Shown here one piece after another: positions 1-12,068 of a DNA stretch of 61,466 nt; the stretch's first letter is position 1, and every line of letters begins with the position of its first letter. A program made the translations under genes and the position numbers. The DNA is taken from the NCBI GenBank assembly GCA_001938485.1, contig MQRK01217243.1, positions 52,097 through 113,562 on the forward strand, in the 5' to 3' direction. The notes beneath the pieces are model-generated. The model ran no database searches. It was not told where the DNA came from and saw nothing but the letters and a program-made list of their open reading frames with translations. The stretch is from Girardia tigrina (taxonomy: Eukaryota).

Positions 1-286
1 TGAAATGAAAAGCACTTTTCAACCGACATGCACAACGAAATGCAATTATCCAAACGAACATTTCATAGAATACAGCAACGAGAACAAATGCTTTCCGATA
101 GAAAAAGTTTTCGAAGTTCGGATGAAAATATCAGTGAACGCAGCCAACAAACTACTGGACATCAGGCTTGTGGAGGAGGTCTGTAAACAGATTCGCCAAA
201 ATCACTGAGAGAGAAACTTAAAGATCTACAGTTTAGACCCGAATCCACAGCCATTTAATCCATTTCTATTGATTGGTAGACGAGGT

Positions 287-575
287 GAATTTCACAATTA
301 ATATGGCAATAAATTTAAAATTGCATCAAGACCATATGCTTTTATTGAGTTCGAGAGATATATTCAAAAGGCAAAAAAGATATTTACAGACACCAGAACA
401 TCGAGAAATTTAGCTCAAATTAATTGTGAATTGAAGGATGTTCAAAGAATTATGGTGAAAAACATTGCAGATGTAATTCAAAAAGGAAAATCTCTGAATG
501 CTTTAGATGATAAATTGACAAATATTTCTTTTCTTCCCAAAATAACAAGGAGACACGATTTAATGAATTAATTCT
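287..575 (+). pseudogene. SEC22: SEC22 (vesicle-trafficking R-SNARE) pseudogene fragment, end of longin domain + SNARE motif
   Basis: Manual translation EFHN*YGNKFKIASRPYAFIEFERYIQKAKKIFTDTRTSRNLAQINCELKDVQRIMVKNIADVIQKGKSLNALDDKLTNIS resembles SEC22b ...[63 protein letters not shown]. In-frame TAA at 299-301, frameshift near 535, no introns. Confidence 0.85.
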
Positions 576-599
576 CATTATTTTTTTAGCAAATGGGGA

Positions 600-886
600 A
601 ATAAATATTTTAATAAAATATTCACTCAAAACTTATTGGATAATAATTAAAATGATAATTAATTATTTATAAAATATTAATTTGATTTATTTATTAAATA
701 TTATAAAAATTAATAAACTTATTTAAAATTTTAAAATTATTTGAAATTAAAAATAAATTTAAACATTACATATTTTTAGATAATAAGAATTAAAATATTA
801 ATCATCCATCTGGGTAGGAGAGACACATTTACAAATCAACATACATATTCAAACACAAAACATCAAACATTCAAATATTCCTCACA
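600..886 (-). mobile_element. Solo/partial LTR of the Gypsy family also seen at 55150 and 56403
   Basis: Reverse complement starts TGTGAGGAAT...TGTGTCTCTCCTACCCAGATGGATGATT, matching the LTR start at 55150/56403. It abuts and truncates the mariner-like element at 887. Left boundary approximate. Confidence 0.7.
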
Positions 887-1916
887 ACCCCCACACAAAA
901 AATCGAGTGGTGTCAAATCAGGTGACCTGGCCGGCCATACATATGGACCACATCGTCCCAGCCACGTTGTGGAAACGCTTCATCCAGAAATTGTCGCACA
1001 ATCAGTGAATAATGAGCAGGTGCTCCATCTTGCTGGAACACAGCTTTCCGTTTGCATGTTCTTGATAGCGATGGCATAAAGCAACTTTTTAACTTATCCA
1101 GGTAAAGCACCGCTGTTATGTTTCCTTCAATAAAAAAGGGCTAATAAACACGATTTGAAGACAACCCCATCCAAACATTAACTTTTTCACTTGCCTGTGA
1201 CCTCTGATATGTTTCGGTTGTTGTTTCAGTACCCCAAATGCGACAGTTATGTCTGTTTACAATGCCGTTAAGATGGAAAGTTGACTCCTCAGAGAATATC
1301 AGGTTACTAAGAAAATTTTCATCTGCATCTATAGATTTAATTAACGTTTCACATATAACACATCTAAAGAGCGCAATCTTCTTCATACAAAAGTTTCGTG
1401 GCTTGAATTCTGTAGGGGAACATTTTTAAGTCGTTTCGTAATACTTTTTGAACAGTTCCATAAGAGCAATTCAGAATTGATAACAATTTCCTGATAGAAG
1501 ACTGGGATTTTTGCATAAAATGTTCTGCTATCTCATTTTTCTTTTTATCATCAATTGGTGGTCTTCCAGATTTTGGGGCATTTAGAACGCTTCCTGTTTC
1601 TTCAAACTTTTTGAAGATGCTTCTAATACTTTTTTCGGTTGGAATATTTTTCCATTTAAGTCGTTGAAGTTCTCTTCTTACTAAAGTCACTGACTCATGC
1701 TTCACAAATAAAATAACAATTTTTACACGTTGATTTACATCCATTTTGAATCTTTCGCTTAAAACAATAACAAAAATTAATACATTTAAACAAAATGTAC
1801 TTTTAATTAAATTTTAAAGAATAAGCTTCAAGATGCCTTTATAATTAAAAAGAAATAAAATATAATTCAAAAGTTATTGCAGTTTATAACTCGGTAGTTA
1901 TTTTATGATCACCCTG
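887..1916 (-). mobile_element. Tc1/mariner-superfamily transposon (maT/DD37D-like), frameshifted and 3'-truncated
   Basis: ORFs 1364-1744, 1141-1386 and 913-1110 give an HTH region (KFEETGSV..KSGRP), FSEESTFHLNGIVNRHNCRIWG, FQQDGAPAH and WPARSPDLTPLDFFVWG. TIR end CAGGGTG at 1916 followed by TA. Confidence 0.88.
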
Positions 1917-3283
1917 TATAAAACCAACAGTATTTTTTTAAACATGTTATAAATGATAGTTTTCCAAACGGAAGGAAAAATTGAACTAGTTATTGTAATC
2001 ATAAAAACAAGAGATTAGTCAGTTTTGGACGGAACAACAGTAACTCAATTAATGTTAATCACTTTGTTTAATAATTATTTAGTAACAGCTTGACGGTAGT
2101 TCTTTTTATAAAATATATTGATTTGAAGATTGAAATTTATTTGTTGATTGAATTTTCTAAATTGAAGTCTTTAGAATTTTATAAAAATTCTTCAGTGATT
2201 TTTCAGAGGATAAATTTAATTTCATTCTTTTTAATCAGCTGCAATCAAGAATCCTCCTATCTAACAATATTTTCTTGTTTAGCAATATTCATTCTTCGTT
2301 GTTGAAAGACTCAGTAATTATTAACTCTATAATTATCACTAGCCATATTGATAGATTTTATATTTTAAATGATTACTAGACTTATACACCTATAATTCAT
2401 ACATTCTTTATTGTTACAAAAATATTTTTTTAACTTTAAAAAGTATGTCGATTTGCCAGAAGTAATAGTATGAATCTGTCATATTAGCATTAAAGGGTTC
2501 GTAGAAGGAACTTTCATATTAATGTATCTAATCGTTACAAAGAAAGATGAGGATGAAAAAAATTACTTGACTTATTAATCCTTTTCTCTTAAACTTTCAT
2601 TAAATAAATTGATTCGCGAAGTAGTTTTGGGGAACAGTATGAAAAAGGCTTTTCAAAACAATCCAAAGAAGCTGAAATAAAGCGTTTGTTTTGATTGACT
2701 TTCAAAATTTCTTAAAAAAATTATCGAAATTTATGATAAATAACTAAATGTGATTTCCAAACAGTTTCACTATAGTTAAAAATTTAATGAGTTCTTCAAT
2801 CGAAATAATATATTGTTGAAGTAATAATATCTTCATATACATATGTAAGTACAAAAAAGAAATATAATGGATAAATAAATACAACCATTTAGTTTAAAAA
2901 TCTATAAAACTATTAGATATATTGGTAAAGTACGATTGGAAACTTAAAATTATAAGATAAAGTCTACTTTAGTATTGTGAATGTTTAAATTAATTTAATT
3001 TCGTTATTAATACCAAGTTATTCCAATAAGTTTTATTGAAATAAAGCGTTTGTTTTGATTGACTTTCAAAAGTTAATTGCAAAGAATTTTTATATTAATA
3101 AAATATTCTTAAAATGATTTTTTTAAATACATTAATTTTCTGTTAACAAAAAGTTTTGTTATTTTTTAAGCAATTTGAATCAGAGATGCAAAATATCTGG
3201 TATAAGTAATCATGAATAGAATGCTAATTTCGTTTTATTTAAGTTGTTAACAGAATGAATAAATTTGTTTTCATTATTTTCAG

Positions 3284-3361
3284 TGCGAATTCGGACCTGA
3301 ATATTCACCATTAAATGCGAAATCATGTCAAAAATTCCTTAAAACGTTAACTTCATTGAGA
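3284..3361 (+). CDS. PXK: PXK exon (CEFGPEYSPLNAKSCQKFLKTLTSLR)
   Basis: ttttcag acceptor, gtaaag donor, phase 0/0; aligns to ADLGPDKYLSDKDFQCLIKLLPSCL. Confidence 0.8.
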
Positions 3362-3636
3362 GTAAAGTTCATAAAAATCGTTTGAAAAATATTTTAATTT
3401 TGATTCAAATTAAGCATGAATACATATATCCAATTGACAATGTTACCATAAATGATAATGGGGTGTCCATAATTCGGTTATTCAGTGAGTTAGGGTCTCT
3501 TCATGATTTTATGTTCAAGGTAGCTTATTCTCATTTGAATATACTTTAATTATCTTTGTTATATATATATATATATATATATATATNNNNNNNNNNNNNN
3601 NNNNNNNNNNNNNNNNNNNNNNNNNNNNNNNNNNNN

Positions 3637-3685
<49 letters not shown>

Positions 3686-6600
3686 GCATATTTATTTTTT
3701 GCTCCTTAGAACATAGCTGATCATAGATTGGTTACCATTATGAATAATTATATTTGTTCAGATACTTATTTGAGAAAATATGCAGTTGTTTAAGACTCAT
3801 CTTTCCCATTAAATAAGTCTTATTGAAATTCGTTATTGTAAAAAATTTTTTACTGACTCATTTTCTTTAAGTATTACTATTAAAGAAACTTTTGATGTTA
3901 TGGTAGTTGGGTAGGAGAATCATGGTGGTATGTATTCCCTAGTCGTAATATTTTGGATTCTTTCCATCAGTTCTATCCTTTTGAAAATTTGATAGATAAT
4001 AGATTAATTTTTCAGGATTTCGAAAAAGGATTGCATGAAGGTTTTTAATCGTATTTGATTGTGCAACAAATACTTTAAAGCAATGAAATATTTTTAAGTC
4101 TATCTGATTTTTACGACCTATTGACAGTTACTTAATATCGTTATTCATTACGGCTTGTGCAACATCATTAATTTTTACATTAATGATTTTTATTATCTCA
4201 ATGTCAAGATTTTTGCCCACACAGAGAGGCTCAACATACCTGAGTATATTTAAATCGATTTTATTTTGGTAACCAGAATCAATAATAATTTCAAAATCAT
4301 AACTTTTTAATTTATCAGTGTCATAATCTTTGAACTGTAACTTTTAGCACAATTATAATTATCTATTTAATCTTCATTATTGATGATTTAAGTCATTTTA
4401 GTGATAGAATTTTCCATTAACATTATGCAACAAGAGACCAAACTTTTTTTAACTTGATTTATTATACACCACTTTTTTAATTGGGACAATAGTCTCGTAC
4501 ACATTTCCTCAAACACAATACATAAGCCAATCAGACACTCCTACCGATCAAATATAAACATACAAACACGCATACATAATTACATCTACAACTCACAGAC
4601 TATTCCCATCAGCACAAATTCTTTTATCTGATTGGTCATCAAATCAAAACCACACACTTGCAGCAAACAACACTTTCCTCAACGTAAGTATTTTCCTTTA
4701 AAATGTAATTAGAGACAGAATAAAATAAATAAATAAAAGGTATTCAGACAAAACACCGCGAACAAAAACGCTTCGGACAAAAACTCCACGATTAAAAAGT
4801 CGAATTTAATAATTAAATATAATTTTTAATATTATTATAATATTAATAATATTATATTTTAATATTATTAAAATTATGAAATTTAGTAAACTTTTATTTT
4901 ATTAATATGAATATTATTAATTGAAAATTTTTGAAAAAAGGGCTTAAATTAACCTATAAATAAAATGTGGGATAAATAAAATGTTTATTTAAATCGTCAA
5001 AAGTCGATATCAGAGTTGTTTTTGAAAATAAAATTTGCAAGACTTATTTTATTTCTTCTAGAATCTCACAAGCTATCGCGGTAATGAGGATCTTGAAGAT
5101 AGTTCTGCAACACGACGGACGAGAAAACGTCTCGGTATAGCTCGAGAGGTTTCGTGAATGCGCGGATACACTCCGCGAGGATAGAATGACGATGTTGTCG
5201 CTGGCGCTGTCGGGCGAGGCAGCAATCGTTTTTCGTGGATTTAAAGAAACAACACGTCAGGATTTCGAGAAGAACGCAGCGGCGCTCACAGAAGCTTTCG
5301 CCCCAAGTCCGAGGCTGTCGTGGCCGAGTTTTGCTTCCAGACGGATGGCTCCCGGAGAGAGCGTTGATTTCTTTATAGCAGACCTGAAACGGTAGCGGCC
5401 GTAATTTGCCGCGGTGCAGGAGGCGGCTAGGCTTTTGTGACCCAAACTTTCATAAACGGGCTGCCGGAAGCGGCTATAAAAAGCCTGTATAAAAAGGCCG
5501 AGGCGCTCGGAAGGGCGCAAGATTTAGACCGATCGGTTCGGTTGGCGCGCATGCACGCCAAGGCAACAGACGTTCTTTCTGAGGAAGTGGCGGTCGTCGG
5601 GCGGCAAACCCTCTAGAATCTCGTCGAACACCGACGAATTAATATGCTTCCGCTGCGGTGGGAAGGGGCACATGGCGCGCGAATGCGCATCAGGAAAGCG
5701 ACGCGTTCAGTTCATAACCAACCGAGCTTCGATCAAAGGGGGGCAAATGTGGCGGAATTGCTTCAGTCGCGGCCTCATGGGGCACATCGCAAGAGACTGT
5801 CTCGTGGCAGAGCGGAAATTGGCGGGAAACGGACCACAGGTCCCCACTGCTGAGCGGGTGGGGCTTGAATATAGAGACGCGTGACTAACAATCATCCCAG
5901 CGACCGTGTGCGGAAGGAAAATGAGAGCATTGATTGATACGGGCTATTCGACAACAGTCGTTGCAAAATCGGTGGTTCCACTATCAAATCTGGTCCGTGT
6001 AATGGAATCGATGCAGAGGATGAACGGATCAGATGTGAATGTTCAATTCAGAGCGACAATACCGATCGAGTGCAGCGGAAACCAAATCGTGTGCCGCGTC
6101 CCAGTGGTGCCGGAAGTCATTTCGTCGAGGGCCGAGATGCTTCTCGGCATGGATGCAATCAGTCAACTCGGGGGAGTATGGGTTCCAGGCAGAGGCGGTG
6201 CCCCAAGTTTCGGACGCATCGAGCATCGAGCAGCAGTGAGTATGGTTAAAAAACCGGGGCATGCACGGATTGAGCATGCAGATTTTTCGGTCGAGTTTGA
6301 TGGCCGCTCGTATACCGCGGCATGGAGATGGAAGAACGACGCCGCACCGGAACAAATGACCAAGGGAGCCGCTGCATATGCGTTTGCAAAGCAGTACAAA
6401 GAAGAAGTGGACCGGAAGCTATCCGATTGGAAGAGAAACGGGTGGCTCATCCCGTTCAAAGGCGAAGCAAAGGCGATACTAACGCTAACGGTAGTAGTGC
6501 AGGCGGTCAAAGAAAAGGTGCGACCGGTCATGGATTATCGAGCGGTGAATGACTTTGTGTCGAGTCACACCGCTGAGAGCCTGGTCTGTGCCGAGAAACT

Positions 6601-9600
6601 GCGCAAAAGGCGGCAAATGGGAAAAAAATCTGAAGATAATCGATTTAAGACGGGCGTACATCCAGATCAAAGTGGATGAAAACCTATGGTCTTATCAGGT
6701 GATAAAACACGAGGGCAGGCGTGGTGTCTGACACGATTGGGCTTTGGACTGAACGTGGCACCAAAAATCATGAGGCGTATCATGAACCACGTTTTGGGAT
6801 CCGATGAGATGGAGACATAGTGCGCAGACTCTTACTACAACGACGTCATAGTCGACACCGAGAAGGTGGTCTTCAACAGTTTCGGGCTCCAAACAAAACC
6901 GCCTATGAAGATAAACGGAGTAAGAGTGCTAGGGTTCGCGGTCCGTGAAATTAACGGTGAGTTGCAATGGTACCGGGACGGCAAGATTCCGGAGTTGTCT
7001 GGTCGATTGACGCGACGGAATCTGTTCTCGTGGGTCGGAGAGCTGGTGGGCCATTTTCCAGTCGGCGGCTGGTTGAGGCCAGTGTGCAGTTTCCTTAAGA
7101 GGATAGCCAGTGGCGGCGGATGGGATGACGAGGTGGGACCGCGAGCAATGAACATCGCGAAAAAGTTGGAAAACGTCTGCAGAGCGAAGACCCAGTTACC
7201 GGCCGATGGGAGGTTCCCGGCTGCAAACAGGGAAGAGTTTGGTGCGACGCGAGCTCTATTGCAACCGGTATCTTTGTAGAGATAGGGGGAGCGGTGGTCG
7301 AAGATGCATCATGGTTGCGAAAGGAGGACGATGCAGTTCACATAAACTTGGTGGAACTCGAAGCGGTGAATGAAGTAATAAAAGCGGCGGTGGCATGGGG
7401 ANNNNNNNNNNNNNNNNNNNNNNNNNNNNCCGCCACAGTGTTTCGGTGGATGATCAATGCCATGAGGGGCGATAAACCGATCAAAGCTAGTGGAATGAGC
7501 GAGCTGCTGGTCAAACGACGGATCAGTACTATTAAAACGACTATTGAAGAGGAACAGCTACAGATAAAGTGGAAGTTAATAAGTTCAGCAGAAAACAGAG
7601 CAGACCGCCTCACTCGCGTTCGTAGGACTGGTTGATACCAGTAAAAAAGCCGATGGGAGTGTCAGCATTAGCGATCTAGTTAGAGCAAGAATTAGCAGAC
7701 AGTCTAGAGAAGCTCCACTGAATTCACCATTTCGGAGTGAGACGGATGAAGTTTCTGGCGAGGAAATAGTAGGGTCCGGGACGAGTATCAGAAAGCCAAA
7801 TTCAAGCAGTTGTTAAAGAATGTACTCAGTGTGCATCGATCGATCCCACCACAGTAAAATTGGAGAAAGGTGACCTGGGTGTCAAAGGGACGTGGCAACG
7901 ACTTGCCATGGACTTGACGCACACCACCGAGGATAAGTTTATGGTAATGATTTACTGCGGTCCAGGGTGGTTCTCCTTATGGAGAAAGATCGAATCAGAG
8001 AACGATGAGGAGCTGTGTACCGCAATCAAGGCGGTGTTTAATGAATTTGGCTCCCCACAGGAGCTACTGATGGACAATTTTGCGATTAACCAGGGAGCAG
8101 CAGTCAAGAAGTTGCTAACGGAAACGGGTGTACAAATCCGGTTTCGGTGTGCAAATCGACCGATGGAAACGGCATTGTTGAGCGATGCCACCGGACCTTC
8201 AAGCGCATGGCGGCACAGAGTGGGAAGTCAATCGAGGATATGGTAGCGTGGTATAACGCTGCTTCAAATTCAGCCGGCATAATTCTGGCATCGACGGTTT
8301 TCACGCAGAATCGGCGACTGTTATTGTCGGTCGACTATGCGGATCGCTTTCCGAAGACCCGAGAAGTCATATAAACTGCGGAGCTACAAACATGGGATGC
8401 TGTTCTCGTGAAACCAGCAAATTCGAAATTTACGACTAGGTGGAGACGATCAGTTGTGGAAGAAGTTCGCCCCCCCCCATCAAGTCATGATCGACGGAAT
8501 TCCGTATCATGTGTCACATGTCAGACGTACCCCTGAAGAAAAATTAATACCGGCCAACGAGGAGTCAATGAGGCAGAACTTTGATGGCCCAGAAACAAAC
8601 GGTTATAGCGACAGTTCTGATGAGCATGACGAGCAGATAAGGAATGGTGATGTTTCAGAAAGACAAATGTATCCGGGGGAAGCGACCGAGCAGAGGTCAC
8701 ATCGAGCGATCGTGCGACCGGTGCGATTCAAGGATTTTGTCTGCACCGGGTAGACGCACACAGAAACGGGCAGTACTCCACAGTGCACGGAGTTCGTGTA
8801 CATTTGTACCTTAAGGGGAAGGGGAATGTGGGATAAATAAAATGTTGTTTGTTTAAATCGTCAAAAGTCGATATCAGAGTTGTTTTTGAAAATAAAATTT
8901 GCAAGACTTATTTCATTTCTTCTAGAATCTCACATTAATATTATTAAAATGAATATTATTAATTGAATTTTTTTCAAAAAAGGGCTAAAATTAACATATA
9001 AATAAACTGAAAATGTCTGGAAGTCGCAAAAATTTCAATGCATATTTGTGGTGAAAAACTAAATTATAGAAAATTTAAATGAAGCCGAATCCGCTTTGTA
9101 GATAGAATGTTAATATTTTGTCTGTAAGAAAATATTTTACAAAAGTAAAAATATTTTTAAATAATAAATATATAAAAATATTTTATTCTAAGTTTTGGAA
9201 TTATTTTATAAAAATATTAAAAAACCTTTTCAGCTTATTTATATGTAGATTTAAGACCTTTTTTGAAAAATTTTCAATTAATATTCATTTTATTAATATT
9301 AATTAAATAAAATTTTACTAAATTTAATAATATTAATTTAATTATTAAATTCGATTTTTTATTCGCGGTGTTTTTGTTTAATATGGCGACCATTGCCAGT
9401 AATTCATATCAACTGATATCGTGCAAAAGAAAAATTTAAAAAGTAAAATCATGAGTTGCTATTCCTTCCGTCGTATTCACCATTTCTAAATCCCAGTGAA
9501 ATCATGTTTTCGAAATGGAAAAGAATAATAATTAGTGCATGATCAACTAATGAACAAGAGGTTTTGTTAAATATTAACAATGCCCATTTATCAATTTCGA

Positions 9601-12016
9601 GTGAAGATTGTAATGGACTTTGTATGAAATTTTTCAAATTTATTCCATTTTGTTCAAATATGCAACCAATTTACGATTTTATTTAAATAAAAGTATTTTA
9701 GCTTAATTTCAATATTTATTTCATTTTTATCCCTAAAAACTAATAAAAAGTTAAGTTTTATACTTTTCAAAATGAAATATAGTAATTGCACGATAACGTA
9801 TCTCAATTACGAAATGTAATGTAATTACAAAATGAAATGTCGCAAATACGAAATAATGTGTCGAAATTACGAAATGACCTGACTGACCCTGTAATATAAA
9901 AATCATTTAAATATTTATCATGATTTATTCATACACACAGGCCAAGCTCTTATATGATGATGTTTGTGAAATATGTAACGTGGGAATGAGCGTTGTCATG
10001 CTGCAAAATCATTTTGACTTGTCTGTTAAGGAACATTCGTTCTACCGCAGTGTAAACTCGCCTAAATTGATCGCAATAAATGACGACATTAATATTTGAG
10101 TTTTCTGGAAACAGTTTCTAGTGAATAACCCCATGAACATGCTACCTTAGAAATACATTAGAATACTTGATGAGATAGTTATCAGTTTGTTTCATTAGAG
10201 ATTGGATACTGTTTCAGATAATTTATTTGTTTATGTCAACTAAATCTCTACATGAGTGAATAGTCAGAATTTTGTATCATATTATTTAGGAAAGTACTCA
10301 TATATCTAAAATTTTCAATATCGTGTATTTATACCAAAATAAGTCCCATTTTACGAAACAATATGAATTAAGATGTGCAAAGGTGAATCGGCAAGAATAA
10401 CTAGTCCAAAGACTATTTCACGAAAAGTAAATAATTATTTGAAGATACTCTTTTAGGCTCTCAATTAGTTAGCTAATCTGTGAAGGGGTTTTCAAAGTTT
10501 TAAGTTATTCATATTTTCTGAATATTTCAAAACAATCTTACTTAATTGTTATTAATTTATTAAAACTTAGTTTCCTTAAAATTTTATTAAAACTCTTAAT
10601 TTTCGTGGAAGGACTTTACAAACCATATTAGTCTAATATTTATTAAATGATTAAATTAATAATTTTTAAAAAATAAATCACAAAATATAATGTAATTTTT
10701 AGTTATAAAATATCATTAAAAGTCTTGGTTTTCAGAACTCAATTTGAATCTCAAAATATTTACATAATTAATAATCTTGCTTTCTTTTACAATGCTATTC
10801 AATTTAATATTTAACTGATTATATTTAATTTACTTGAAGACAAAACCAGTTAATTCAATCATTTGTAAATATGGAAATCCAAACAATAAACCAAATCTGT
10901 TGAATGAAGTAGCACTATTCGGTCGCCAAATATTGTTGGGTCTAAAATATTTACATGAAAAAGGAATTCCTTATGGTGAGCATTCTTACATACCCCACAT
11001 TTTCTAATAAAATTAATACTTTTATTACTTTATTGATAATGTTAATCAATATTTTCAAGAATGTATTTGAAATTAAAATTCGCAAGTTTGTCTCAATTAA
11101 TCAATTGAACTAACTCAAAGAAAAATGGCGTGGAATAATTTTTTAACTAATAAGTTTCAATTGATGTGATTATAAAATTAGCTTTTGTTTAAATAGGCGA
11201 AGTTTAGGTACGATTAAAAAATGAATTTTGTCTTTGTCTCCTATTGTCTATCGTTTCAATAAATGTTTACTCAACAAGATCGTTTTTCGTTTTCTTGTCG
11301 AGGTTCAAGTTCACTCTTTTGGGTACAATCAACTTCCACAACGACCGTAAACTAAAATAATTTTTGAAACGTCTCATCTCAATAAATACTTACAAAAATA
11401 AATCTAAAATTCGATATTGTAGAGGAAATGAAATAGATACAATCTCTAATTTACGTTGGCATGTCTTTTAGTCTTAATTATAAAAACAATAATAATGTAC
11501 ATTTCGTATTGTTATTGTCTAGAAAATCATTCTTGTAAAATTACAATTGTTAATCAACTTTACGTATGTAATAACAAGTATAAAATCCTAAAAAATAAGT
11601 TGGTGTCTATGGAAATTCGTGGAATGAAATGAAGTAAATTAAATTAATGCAATCTAATTGTTTATTTTTAACTAAAATAGTTTTGCATTTATGTTTCTTT
11701 TTATGTATTATTATTAAAATCGATATTGAGAGATTTCCTTTAATATTTTATCAATAGTTATGATTAAATTTAGAAATCAATTGTATAAGTTGGTTGAACT
11801 TCTATGCTTATATTTGAATGCAGTAACCTAGCATCCTTTCGTCAGTAAGATGCCCAATATGATAAAATTTTATATTCCATTTTTTACTCCACTTATTTAA
11901 TGTTTCTAAATCCTTAATTCAAACAAAATACAAGTATTATTTTCGAACTTTTTACTACCAAAATTCTGAATCACTGTTAAGTTTTAATGTTATAAATGGA
12001 AAGACATTCATCTGAG

Positions 12017-12068
<52 letters not shown>

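Larger units (their letters stand above)
4738..9380. mobile_element. MULE/foldback-like non-autonomous element with long imperfect TIRs, interrupted by the LTR element at 4966-8934
   Basis: Left arm 4747-4905 (GACAAAACACCGCG-type repeats, TCGAATTTAATAATTAAAT, AAATTTAGTAAA) is the reverse complement of 9290-9380. Confidence 0.6.

Noticed and set aside
5-208. 67-aa ORF at the window start
   Set aside because: No recognisable motif and truncated context.
299-301. TAA (SEC22) and TAG (Hsp60) at conserved Gln positions, suggesting a TAR=Gln genetic code
   Set aside because: Both regions also have frameshifts. PXK uses CAA/CAG for Gln, has no internal TAR and ends in TAA at the homologous C-terminus. 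C->T decay explains the stops.
4966-5070. Tf1-type self-priming as the explanation for the odd PBS
   Set aside because: The PBS complement is not present in the LTR of A, B or C.
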